Assembly: GCF_018350175.1 (NCBI RefSeq)
Contig: NC_058383.1
Coordinates: 1,984,001-2,048,000 of the forward strand
Reading direction: 5' to 3'
Length of the DNA: 64,000 nucleotides
Origin: Felis catus
Taxonomy: Eukaryota
Every line of letters begins with the position of its first letter. The first letter of the stretch is position 1. The position numbers were made by a program, and so were the translations under genes. The notes below the pieces were generated by a model, which searched no databases, was not told where the DNA came from, and worked only from the letters and a program-made list of their open reading frames with translations. Below are positions 40,301 through 52,300 of this stretch, one piece after another.

Positions 40301-43300
40301 CCATCCATCTCTCCATCCATCCATCCATCCATCCATCCATCCATCCATCCATCTCTCCATCCACCCACTCCATCCATCCATCCATCCATCCATCCATCCA
40401 TCCATCCATCTCTCCATCCACCCACTCCATCCATCCATCCATCCACTCCATCCATCCATGAATCCTTTATTCACCTATCCATCCATCTCTCCATCTATCC
40501 ACTCCATCCATCCATCCATCATTCACCCATCCATCCATCTCTCCATCCATCCATCCATCCATCCATCCATCTTTCCATCCATCCATTATTCACCTATCTA
40601 TCCATCTCTCCATCTATCCATCCACTCCATCCACCCATCCATCCGTTATTCACCCATCCATCCATCTCTCTATCTATCCATTATTCACCCGTCCATCCGT
40701 CTCTCCATCCATCCATCCACTCCATCCATCCATGCATCCTTTATTCACCCATCCATCCATCTCTCCATCCATCCATCCATCCATCCATCCATCTCTCCAT
40801 CCATCCATTATTCACCCATCCATCTCTCCATGCATCCGTCTATGAATCCATCATTCACCCATCTATCCATCCATCCATCTCTCCATCCATCCACTCCATC
40901 CATCTATCCATCCATCCATCCATCCATCCATTATTCACCCATCCATCCATCTCTCCATCCATCCATCCACTCCATCCATCCATCCATCCATCCATCATCT
41001 ATTCATCCATCCACCCATCCTTTATGTACCCATCCATTTATCCATTCGTCATTCACTTACCCATTCATCCACCTATCCATGTATGCATGCATGCATGCAT
41101 CCATTATTCACCCATCCATCATCCATCCTTTACCCACCCATCCACTCATCCACCCATCTATCACTTATCCATCCTTCCATCCATCCATCCATCCATCCAT
41201 CCATCCCTCAGCCACCCACCCACCCATCCATCCATCCATCCAAACATGTGTATAGAGCTCCTCCACAGGCCAGACCCTGTGTTGGTGTGCACGCATGGAG
41301 TTCAACCCTGGCTTACGTGTCACTGCTCCTGGTGCAGCTGGCTCTCTTCCTGCCCCCAGTCAGGATCCCCTCGCATGACGGAGAGGAGGATAGCTGCCGG
41401 CAGATGAACAAGATCCGGGCGCAGCTTGTTGGGGCCTTCAAGGAGCAGTTGGAGATGCGGCGCAGCCTGGTGGAACTGGAGAACACCAACATAGAGCTGC
41501 ACGTTGACATGTCCCGCCACCTGCTGACCATTGCAGAGTGAGTGTGCCCACTTAGCCAGGTCCTGGGCACCATCCATCCCTATGGGGCAGGGAGGCCAGA
41601 GGGGCCACTGGTGGGAGCTCCTGTTTTGCCATCGTCCAGCCTCTCTCTACTGCCTGCAGGCCCCCAGCAGGGACTTTGGTGAAGGTGGCCCTCTCTTCCC
41701 AGGCAGGACTCCTGACCCAGTCCATCCCTGCTCTCCTGCCCCCCGGGGCGAAGCCGGGCCGGGCGGGAGCAGGCTTCCAGGTCCCTTCGGTTTCTTTGTC
41801 TTAGGCTGGAATCCTGAGCCAGCCTGGCAGGTTAGGGTCAAGCCCATTTTACAGGAGAGGATTTTGAGGCTCAGAGGGGATGTGGGTTTGCCCAAGGCCG
41901 CACAGTCACGAGGCCAGGATGCTTCAACCATACCACACACCTGCTACTCGTACCTGCAGTGAGTAGCCTGACCACGTGTAGAGGGGCTGATCATGTAAGT
42001 TGTCATCCAGAGCGGGACACGTTTGAGAGGAGAAGGCGCTGCTTACAATAGCGTGCTGGCACTGCCCTGGACAAACCGGGACGCCCGGCTCCCTGCCTGC
42101 AGGAGCTTCAACTCAGCCCTGGGGTCCCGGTCCGTTTCTTGTCCCTTCCTCCCAGCATTTGTCCTCCTCCTCCCCCTGCTGCTTCCTCCTTGTTTGTTTT
42201 CTAACTTACACAGACGGTGTGATGCCCGCACTGGAGGGATTCCGGTAGCAAGAAACGCTCTCCGTCCCTCTGTTGTCCCAGCCCCGCTCCTCCCTTCCTT
42301 CGGTTCCCCACGGTGCCCGTGGCAGTTCAGACCCAGCCTGGTGCCCTGTTGTGCACCTTTGAGGTTTTGCCCTGCGAGGGGGCCATCGCAGCTAGCCCTC
42401 AGAGCCCCAGGTGTGCTGTCGCCTGCCAGCCACGTTCTAAGGCCGAGGTCACCCGGGCAGCCTTGGGGCAGAGCCAGGGTGGGGGTGGCAGGCCGGCTGC
42501 AGGGTCCTGCACTTAATTGCTACAATCCTGCGTAGCGCTCATGGCTTCTTGATTTCCTTCCAGTTGTTGTTCACGCCTCTGTTTGTACACATAGAGGAGG
42601 TCAGGCCTGTGGCTTCTTGATTTCCTTCCAGTTGTTGTTCACGCCTCTGTTTGTACACATAGAGGAGGTCAGGCCACAGGCCCACGTCTGTCCCACTGTC
42701 AGGTCCAGGCCTGCGGGCAGACCGGCTGGGGTGGGGGCCGGCACCCTGACCGCTGCCCCCTCTGTTGCGGCCGTAGCTGGGAGCGGGAGAAGGCCCAGCA
42801 CCTCGTGCACAGGGACAGGACGCCGGACGGGGACGAGGAGCCGGCAGAGGCGGACGGCGACGAGGGCGAGTCCGTGGAGCCGCCTGAGGTGGCCGTGGCC
42901 AGAGAGGAGGTCAACACGCTTCTGGCTGAGCAGAGGAAAGCTGCGGCCCTCAAGGTGGGGGCAGGGGCTGTCCGTACGCGGGCATGCCCGCTGCTAATGC
43001 ACGGATGGTGACCCCGTGACAACAGTCACCGAGCGGGGCCACCCATGGTATCCAGGCTCAGGGGGCTGAGATAAACTGTCCCAAGGCCCCAGGGGGTGGA
43101 GGGAGCTGTGCTGCACGTGACCTGGGCTGACTGCAGAGCCCATGACCTCCCTGCTACGGGGGTCGGTGTGCAGGATGGGCGGACCCTGGGGGACCCAGGA
43201 GCCGCGGGGCAACCCCACCTGCCTGTCTGCACACACAGCGGGCCTCCAGCTCCGAGGGGTCCTGTGGGCAAGTGCTTCCCATGCGTGGCCTCTGGCTCAT

Positions 43301-46300
43301 TTGTCCCCGAGTCAGGCCTGGGGCACGCGGTGCGGAGGGGGGCGGAACAAGGGACACGGCCAGAGGGAGCCCGGTTTCTCCTGGAGAAGCAAGGGCCGGC
43401 TGCTTCTCTGAGCCGCTCATGCAGTAGCTCGCGTTGTCACGGTCCCGGCAGAGCAGGCACGGCTGGGGAGCCGGGAAGCGCCCTCTAGTCACACGTCCGC
43501 GGGTGTCTTCTCTGGCAAGGGGGGAAGTGCCACGTGCTGAAAGCAGGCGGCACTTCGCTTCGAGGCTCTGCGGCCAAACCAGCATGTGTCTTCACGGGGC
43601 TGCGTGTCCCTGAGCAGTCTGGAGGCTACGTGGTCTCACTTCAGAAGCCCCCCGGCATTTAGCAATAAGAAAAATGCCTCTTGCTGAAACCATAATGTGT
43701 ATCAGCAGAGAGCATGAGTTCAGGAGTCAAATTTGGATTCGGAGATGCAGCGTAGCGTGGAATTGCGAGTCTGTTCGTGAGTTAACCCGCCCGTTCGAGA
43801 CAAACTTACCTTTTAAGCGTCCGGTGTGGCACCAGGCCTAGGGACGCAAAGGCACACGAGACCCTCCGCCACTGAAGCTGACCATCTGCCGGATTCTTCC
43901 CACCGACGCCGGCAATGTGGCGCGGGGCAGCGTCGTACCGGACCCGCGGACGGGCTGCTGGGGCTGGGGGAGGGGCTGCTGGTGTCTCGGGGGCCGGGGA
44001 GGACCTCAGGCAGAAGAGGAGGACCATGCCAGGCAGCCGAGCCAACTCCCCCGAAGTCGCCCCCTCTGGCTCCCGGAGAGGAAGATGTAACGGCTGGAGG
44101 AGCCTGCTTGGGCCGCACTGGGGGCTGTCAGCTGACCTGTGCCCGGGGCTGCGGTTCTGGGGGTGGGCGTGCGAGTGGGGGTTTCCCACGGTGGACACAC
44201 GGCGAGGGGTGAGTCCGAGGGTGTGTTCTGAGTGTGTGTTCGTGGAAACTGTGAGGCACAGCAGGGCCAGGACACCAGGAGACGACTGCCGTTGGAAAGA
44301 TAGTCTTCGCTGGCAGTTCCCAGAGGAGGGGGCACGGGATGCCATGCGGGCCACAGGGGACGCCCCAGGGCCAGTCAGGAGGCAGAGGGAGGTGGTGCTT
44401 GGGCGAGAGCCTTACTGTGGTTTCTGCGCGAAGGAGCGGGCGAGGCGGGGCGAGCAGGCTGAGGCCCGGCCAGTCTGGGTGATTCCAGTGGGCTCCAGGG
44501 CACGGGGGCTGTTCCGGCTGTCTGGTCCCTGGGGGTTAGGACTGGGGGACAGTGGCCCAGAGTGTGAGGGCCCCACGGAGGAGGGGGTCGGGGTGTGGGC
44601 TCTGGGTTGGCTGGTCTGCATCCGAGAAGTGTGCTCCTGGGTGAGGGGTTTAGGACCCTCAGGAACTGGCTGGCCCTGGGAAGGGCAGTCCCTCCAGGGA
44701 CGGCCAGAGCCCAGGTGCGAAAGCATCAGGACCCAGAAAATAAAGGACACGGTAAACGCAGGCGATGGCCGCGCGTCCCCGGGCCCGATCGGTCACCCGG
44801 TGTCTCCCTGAGTTCGATCCGCGAAGCGGAGCCCGCAAGGGCGAGCGGACCTGGGAGCCGAGCCCCGGGCCCCTGCCCTGAACGCCCGGTGTCTCCGCCA
44901 GGCGGGGCTGGAGCAGCGTCTGGCCAGTGCCAAGGAGAAGGCCTCGCAGCTGGAGCAGCTGCTGCCCGCGCAGGCCAGCAGCGAGGACCAGCGGGAGGTG
45001 TTGCGGCTGCTGTGCTGGGCCCACGAGCTGGAGGCCGAGAACACGGAGCTGCGGGCCGACGGCCTACGCAGGAGGAGTCTGCTGTGGCAGAAGGACTTCG
45101 TGATCCAGCGTTACCACCAGCACCGGCTGCTCTGTGAGCAGCTCCTCCGGGACCAGCGGCAGCTGATCGAGGGTGAGTCCGCCCGGCCTGGCCCTGGGAA
45201 GCGTGGGGGGGGGGGGGGGGGGGGCGCCGCGCGTGCTCGGGGAAGACCACTGCTCCAGGAGGTACAGGTAAGTGAGGTAGAGCCACGCACGGCGCGCGTG
45301 CTATGCTCTGTTAGCGTAAGAAATCCGTTCGCGCAAGAAATCCATCCGCGCACGCACGGTGCACAGACCACCCACTGAGGAGTGCGGGGGGGGGGGGGGG
45401 GGGGCACCGCCCAGAAAACCCACCGTCCGGAAAATCCGCCTTTATCGGGTTAGAGTATCTGCCTCCAGGTTCCGAGGAAAGAGGACGCTGTCCTTCCGGC
45501 AAGTAGGGACGCGTGCCCGCCCCCGCTCTCCCCGCCCCTGCAGGTGGCGGCATCGCGGTGCCCGAGTCCCTGGACGAGCGGTACTGTCTGATCCTGCGGG
45601 AGCTGGGTGCGGGCTCGCTGAACCGGCTGCTGCTGCTGCACTCGGTCATGTCGAGCTCCCTGCGGGTGAGTGCGCCTGGGGGCTCAGGCCAGTGCTCGCT
45701 GTCCCCTCCTGCGTGCCCCGGCCCCGTGAGGGGACTGACCCTGAGGTGAGAAGAGGACGCCTGGGAAGCCCCTCCCCGCACCAAGTGCTGGGGCCAGCGG
45801 CGCTGGGCAGGCTGAGCCAGTGGCAAGGGTGCAGGGTTTCGGGGAGGCTGGTCCCGGGGTCCTCTGTGCTGTTCACCGGCAGGCCTGGGACCCTGGACTG
45901 CTGCACACCCCATGTGGGAGACAGAGGGCTGATGGGAAGGCGCCTGAGTGTGGGCTGGACCTCGGTGCCACGGGGACCCTGGGAGGGATGTGGTTTTAGG
46001 TCTTAACTCCAGGGCGAGCCGGCAGTCCCCTGCATGGTGGATGGCGTCCGGGGCCCATCTGGGGACTCCCTAGAGAAGAGGGCCGGGGAGGGGGCTCTGC
46101 ATTCATTTGCCACACGAGTCCTGTTTCCCGGCTCTCCCCCTGCCCTGAGCTAGGTAGGGCCCCTCGGCTGCGCCTTCCTAGGAGAGAGGCCAAGGGCTCC
46201 CCGGGCTTGGGGCAGGGTGGGCGAGGGGCAGGAGCCCACGCATGTGGATCTGACTGCCCGTAAAGGTGCTTCCCGCCCCCGATCAGAGGTCCCAGGTACC

Positions 46301-49300
46301 CACATTGTGCCGAGAGCTCCCCGCTTTCCCGGCTCTGCTGGCTCAGTTCCCACACAGCCATCTGGTTCCCCGCTCATGCTACTGCTGTGGGACCTCCTCC
46401 CCACCCTTCCGCCTGTCCTATAGTATATGTCAGGGTCCCCAAGACCACCATCGGGTTCCCTTCCCCAGAGGGACTCCCAGAGCTCAGAGAAAGCATTATA
46501 CCAAACCGGAACTCTGTCCCCATTAAACCTTCATGCCCTAGCCCCTAGCCACTGTCTACTCTCTGTCTCTGTGGATTCGACCACTCCGGGGACCTTATAG
46601 CGCTTGTCCTTTTGTGCCGGGCTTACTTCACTGAGCACGACGCCCTCGTCCATCCATGGGGGAGCAGGTGTCCGAATGTCCTTCCTCTCTGAGGCTGAGT
46701 GCCGTCGCGCTGTGTGCGGCCGGACCACACTGTGTTTATCCAGTCACCCGCCGATGGACTTGGGTGCTTGGACCCCTTGGCTCTTGTGAACATGCTACCG
46801 TGAACACGGGTGTAGATGAATCTGCTCTCCGTCCTTGGGGTGGACGCCCAGAAGTGGGATTTCTGGGTCACCTGAGTCCTCTGTGTGTCTTCTCAAGGGC
46901 CTGCAGGCTTTGGAGGGCTCTCCGACAGGCGTCTGGCTTGTGCACCACTTTTGCTCCAGGGTCAAGGCTGCACCCTGGCGGTCCCTGGCACTCGCCCTCG
47001 CACAGAGCCTCCTTTCTGTGTCTGTGCTGGGGAGGGCCAGCCGGAAGTGAGCTGGCAGGCTGGCTCGCGGGCCTCCCTGCTGGCTGGTTTTCTTCCAGTG
47101 ATGGTGGCCAGCGGGAAAGGGACCTCTCTGCGTCCCCTCGGGGATCTCTGCTTGCTGACATGGCTTGCCTATGTCTGTGGTCCATGCGGCCTCCCCCAGC
47201 TCCCCGTCTGTCCCCAGGACGGCTTGGTTCTGAATAAGTCCCCCGCGCCGCAGGAGGAGGCTAGCTGGGACTGGCCAGACGACAGGAAGGACCTCCCGTG
47301 GGGTGCCCAGTTTGAACTGCCGCTGATGCTGCTGGAGGAGGACAGGTACCCGGTTCTTCCCTCTCGCGACCCTGCATCACTGTGCCCTCGCGCCCGGCTG
47401 TGGAGTGTGGTGGGAGGGCTGGGGGCCGGCCCAGGATCGTGGCCCCGGCGTCACCTCTCGTGGAGTGTGTCGATATCTCTTCCTTGTAGGGTTAGGACAA
47501 GTGAGCGCGTCCTAGGAGGTGCTCACCTAGGTTGGGGAGTTTGGTGCCGTTTTGACACACACTTTTTGGTCAACATCAGCCTCCTGGTGCTACCGCCAAT
47601 GCTTCTATCCTCTCCTCTGTCGACTCGTTGCTTTGGTATCTTCTAGCACCCGAGACAGACTCGTAGACCGAGCACTCCCAGACTTCCCTCGTGTTAATGG
47701 TTAGCGTCTTGCCAGCGTGGGTCACGGACCTTAGCCAGCTCGGGCTGCTTCACGCAACGTCACGGACGGGGGGGGGCGCAGGCCACGGGCATTTGCTTCC
47801 ACAGTCCTGGAGGCTGGGTGTCCAAAATGCCAGGGCCGGCGGGTAGAGTTCTGGTGAGGACCGTCTTCCTGGCTGCAGGTGGCCGCCCCCATGCTGCGTG
47901 CTCACGTGGTGGAGGCCTCGCCCCCCTCTCACAAGGACACGGTCCCCTGCCATCTGGGTCCCACTCGGTGAGCCCATTTAGCCGCTATCACCTCCCGACG
48001 ACTGCACTCCAGGCGGTTGCACCAGGGGTCAAGGCTTCCACGTGGGAACCTGGGGAGCGCACATGCACTGTGTCACAGACGTTGTGACATAGGTCCTATG
48101 CTTTAAATCTGGGACACCTCCCTCCATAACCACCATCCCCGAATTACTGCTGCTTCCTACCTAGAGTTACATCTCTCCAGTTTTGCCCCAAATACTTTTG
48201 CAGCTGGTTTGTCTAAATCAGGAGCAGTGAAGGCCCAGACGCCCTGTTTGGCTGCAATGCCCAGGCTTAGGCTGTGCCCTTTGGGATAGCGAAGTCACCA
48301 GGGCTCCAACCTTGGTGCGTGCGTGCCTATCTGTGTGTGTGTGCACACGGTGCATTTATACGCACATGTGTGTATGCATGTGTGCACCTACACATGGATG
48401 TGCTCGTTTGTGTATTTTTAAGCATGCAAGTGTGTGTGTGCGTGTGTGTATGTGTGAGTTTCATGTGGGTGCACGTGTGTGCACGTATGTTCGCGTATGT
48501 GTGTGCACGTATGTTCGCGTATGTGTGTGTGCATATAAAAACAAAGTGCCCCATCCCTCGGTCAAGACTAGACACCTCTCCCACCTGCCCCTGGGCCCAC
48601 ACCCGCCCGAACCTGCTGCTCGGCCCCCTGATTAGGGAAGGCAGGTGTCGATCCCACCTTGAGACGGGGTTCTCTGTAGATGGGTTGCAAAGGAAGCCTG
48701 GGGCCCCCCACCTCCCATCCTCAGCCTAGAGAGGAGGGGGCCGTGCCTCGCCTCATGCAGGCCGTACCTGCAGCCACAGCCCGGACCGTGGCGAGACAGC
48801 AGGCCGAGCCACCTGCAGGCCGTGAGCTGGAACGCTGGCGTCATGCAGACGGCACGAAGGAGCTCTGTGTCCCTGCAGACGGGTGGGGCTGGTGCCACCC
48901 GAGGCCTCTCCTACGGCGCCCCAGCCGGTTCCCATGGCAGTGGCTGAGGCCCAGCACCTGTGCCCTCCTCGGGTTGAGGCACCGGGGCCCTGCCCGTCGA
49001 CAGCTGGCAGCCGGCCCCCCAATCCAGACCGACCGGAGCTTGGTTCCTGGCTGTGCCGGTCACCCACACCATGGTACTGGGCACGTGACTGGCCACCCTG
49101 GGCCTCAGGTGCCCCGTCTCTACACGGGGCCAACAGTGACCTCCCTGCAGGGCTGCACGTGTCGGGCGTGGCGGGGACACGGCAGATAGAGCTGCCATTA
49201 CAAGGAGGACCGAATGCCAGGGGGTGGGGGCAGGAGGCCTCTCACCTCAGTGGGGCTCCTGTACAGGAGCCGGGCTTCTCCCCGGGCTCTTACACTTTCC

Positions 49301-52300
49301 AGTTGCCGCTGGTCCGGACTCAATGCTTTCGGCTGTGAGTAACGGAATTCTCAGTGAGATTGGTCCAATGTAAACAGGTGTCTGTTGTCTGAGAGTCTGG
49401 AGGATGAGTGGACTCGGGGCCATTGTTTAAATGACTCGATGATGCCCACGTCCCTGGCACGTAAATGATGTCTCCCCTTGTGGTCAAAGAGGCTGCCACA
49501 GCTCCATAGATCACACCTTCGTATAACCACACCTAAACACGGAAGGGAGAGAGGGCTGGGCTTGCTTTTTTATCTGGGAGAAAAGTCCCTTTGAGAACCT
49601 TCCCCAGTAGATGTCACTAAGTCCATCAATCACCTGCTCTCTCCTGGACTAGTTCCCTACAGAAAAGGGAAAGGAGGACCGTAACCGGCATGGACCGGTC
49701 ACGACCCATGTCTCCAGGCTGGACACATTGTCACGCGGAGTAACACGGGGGCTTGTTGCACAAGCAGAGGGGTGGCTGTTGGGGAGGGGAGCAGAGTATC
49801 GGCCAAACCTCACCACATACTGACTGAGCGCTTGTGCAGGGCACTAAGAAGAGAACGAGACGGACGTAGTCTCTATCCTACGAGGGACAGGTGGGGAGAG
49901 GGTACAGGCTGCTCCCTGACCCAAGGGGCCTCTCATGGCCACGTGCCAAGTCTGGAGCTGGCGTAGGAAGCATTACTGCCCAAGTCAGGTGTGGCCTCGG
50001 CGACAGGGTCCCCGCTGCTCCGGGTCTCATTCCACAGGTGGAAGCAGGTTTGCAGGGCCCAGCGCCTTGCCCGAGGTTCACCGTGAGGAAGTGGGGGCGC
50101 CGGAGGGCAGGCCAAACGTTTGTCTCTGGTTTGGACTCTGGCCGCGGTGCTAGGCAGCCCTGTGGCCTACTGACAGCACCCAGAGGCTTCGCTGGCTCAC
50201 GTGGTGCTTAAACACCTTGTCATCCAGCTAGAGGTCTACCCAGTGGCTCGAGTTATCAGTGTCCCGGTTTCCCCGATGAGACAGCAGAGGTCAGGAGCCC
50301 AAGGCCACTCGCCAGGGAGCCTGGGCTTGATGCGTGATGCTCTGTTCTTACAGTCACGGGTGACCTGACCTGACGGAAGGTGAGGAAACCCTGTTCTTTC
50401 ACAGTAGACACGGTAGGACCGGGGAAAGTTCTGGCTGGAAGTTGTCAGAGGTCCCTTCCCCTTCCAACAGCCCAAGTCTTCCACACAAGGTCGTGGGCAA
50501 ACTCCTGTGTCTCTGTCCCACCCTCCTCTCCTTGCTGGGCCTCGGATGTGCCGAGCTGGCCCCTGCCCCAGGGCCTTGGCCCATGCTGTTCCCCCTGTTC
50601 CTCCTACCTGGCAAGGTCTTCTGCCAGAGCTCGGCACAGCTCTTTCCTTGCCGTTCTTTGGGCCTGAGCTTAGATGTTTCCTCCTGTTCCATTTCTACCG
50701 CAGCGGATCTAACGCCAGCTGGGTGTGCCGCAGTTCAGTTCTGGCACGATCACGCCGAGTTGGCGTCAGACCCCACCAGTTAGGGCCTCCGTCCCCCACG
50801 AGATTGTCCCCGTGTCAGAAGCCAGCTGCAGTGGAGTCCCCGGGCCACGTGCGCTTCTGTCCAGCTGACCACAACTTCGGGGGGTCCCGTGGCCCCCCTC
50901 AGGTTCCGCAAGGACCCAGAGCTCAGACTCCCGGCGTGGCCCCGGAACGCAGCAGTGTGCAGATGCCGCTTGCCCTGGCCTGACGTGGGCCGCGGCGTCC
51001 TGGGGTTCAGTCTCCGCTCTCCTCGGCTGGAGGCAGGGCCGAGGGGCCCTGGCAGCTGGCTCAGCTGCTGCCTCTGTGTGTCCCCCACAGCGGTGGCTAC
51101 ACGTCGTCGCAAGCCACGCCATCGAAAACGCTGGGAAAGCAGGATTCCCTTCTCCCTCTGCCATCCCTCCGCATCCTGCTAACGCCTCCGGCTCATGAGG
51201 TTGGTGTGCGGCCCTAACCAGGGCCCCGGGCTCCCGGGAGGCCTCTCCTGCCCCCGCAGAGCTGGGGGGTGGGGGGGGCCACAGCTATCAGGAATCTCTT
51301 TGGCAGATGGCGGGGGGGGGGCTTGGGGAAAGGGAAAGGCTGTGAGTATTCACACCTTAGTAGTTTGGAGTCTTTCGTGTGAACTGTCTTTAAGAGGCCG
51401 CTAGTCTCATCATGATTACTAGCAATAGTGTGAGTGGTCATACTCTGGGTCACTGTCCCCAGCTGGGGGCGGGGGGGGGGGGAGAATGCCCCTGCCCCAG
51501 GGGGAGCCCTCCGCCCTGGCTGGAGTGCTGGGAAGTTCAGGTCCCCAGGAAAAGCCCCACCCGTGACTGTGGGTGGTACGTAAGTACCTGGGGCCCCTTG
51601 GCCCGTGGGTGTGGTGACCCACTCCCCCAGGGTGTCTGGGCCCAGGGACTGGCTTCATCCACCTTCCTGGGCCCTCCTCCCATGGCCAGAAACCTTTCCC
51701 CCCATACCACTTGCCTCCAATCACAGACTCTGAGTCTGCTTCTGGGGGTCCAATGTGGGACGGGCCAACAGGGTGGCCCAGTGATGTCTGACCGTCGCTG
51801 ATGCTGGTTTCCTGCGGCAGGCAGGCCCCCTGAGCGTGAAGAATTTGGTCTCCAAGCTGGGCGCCCCTGCTGGCCTGGACCTGGGTGCCTCGCGGATGGC
51901 AGCGGAGGCCGGCGGCCCGGCCCTGAGCGCTCAGACCCTCAAGGAGATGGCCATGAGCACCAAGAGCATCGCTCTCATCGCGGCCACCCGGCGCTCCAAG
52001 GCGCAGGACCGCGAGGGTGGCAGCGGCCGCTCCTCCCTCCACCTTCCAGAGGACATGGCCCTGGACTCCAGGGACCCGAGCCCAGCAGACAGGAGGTGGC
52101 CCCACGCCAGCCCGGGCCGGGACCGTTCTGCGGAGAAGGCCAGGGGGAAGCTGTCACCCTCCCTCACCTGGAGCGTGCAGACCGTGGGTGCACGCTGGCT
52201 GGGTCCCGGGGTCCAGCTGGGACAGCAGAGCAGGAGCGTCATGGTGGACGCAGGAGGGCCCCAGGTACAGAGGAGGCAGAGGGAGACCCCCCGCACCCCC

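Noticed and set aside
40077..41255. 392-aa His/Pro/Ser/Ile-rich ORF
   Set aside because: Artefact of the (CCAT)n repeat, which lacks stop codons in that frame
43915..44811. 298-aa ORF sharing peptide sequence with ORF 29212-29619
   Set aside because: The similarity comes from the duplicated LTR-like element, not from a protein family
48567..48645. Alternative candidate for KIF19B exon 16 ([24 protein letters not shown])
   Set aside because: Weak AAG acceptor and would need a GC donor; 51091-51199 has stronger sites and the right phases
50704..50830. Strong acceptor followed by an open frame
   Set aside because: Sequence resembles a MER21-like LTR remnant and I found no compatible donor or homology
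51727..51820. In-frame acceptor upstream of exon 17 containing two TGA stops, which could suggest pseudogenisation
   Set aside because: Best read as intronic; the model using 51091-51199 and the 51821 acceptor is stop-free
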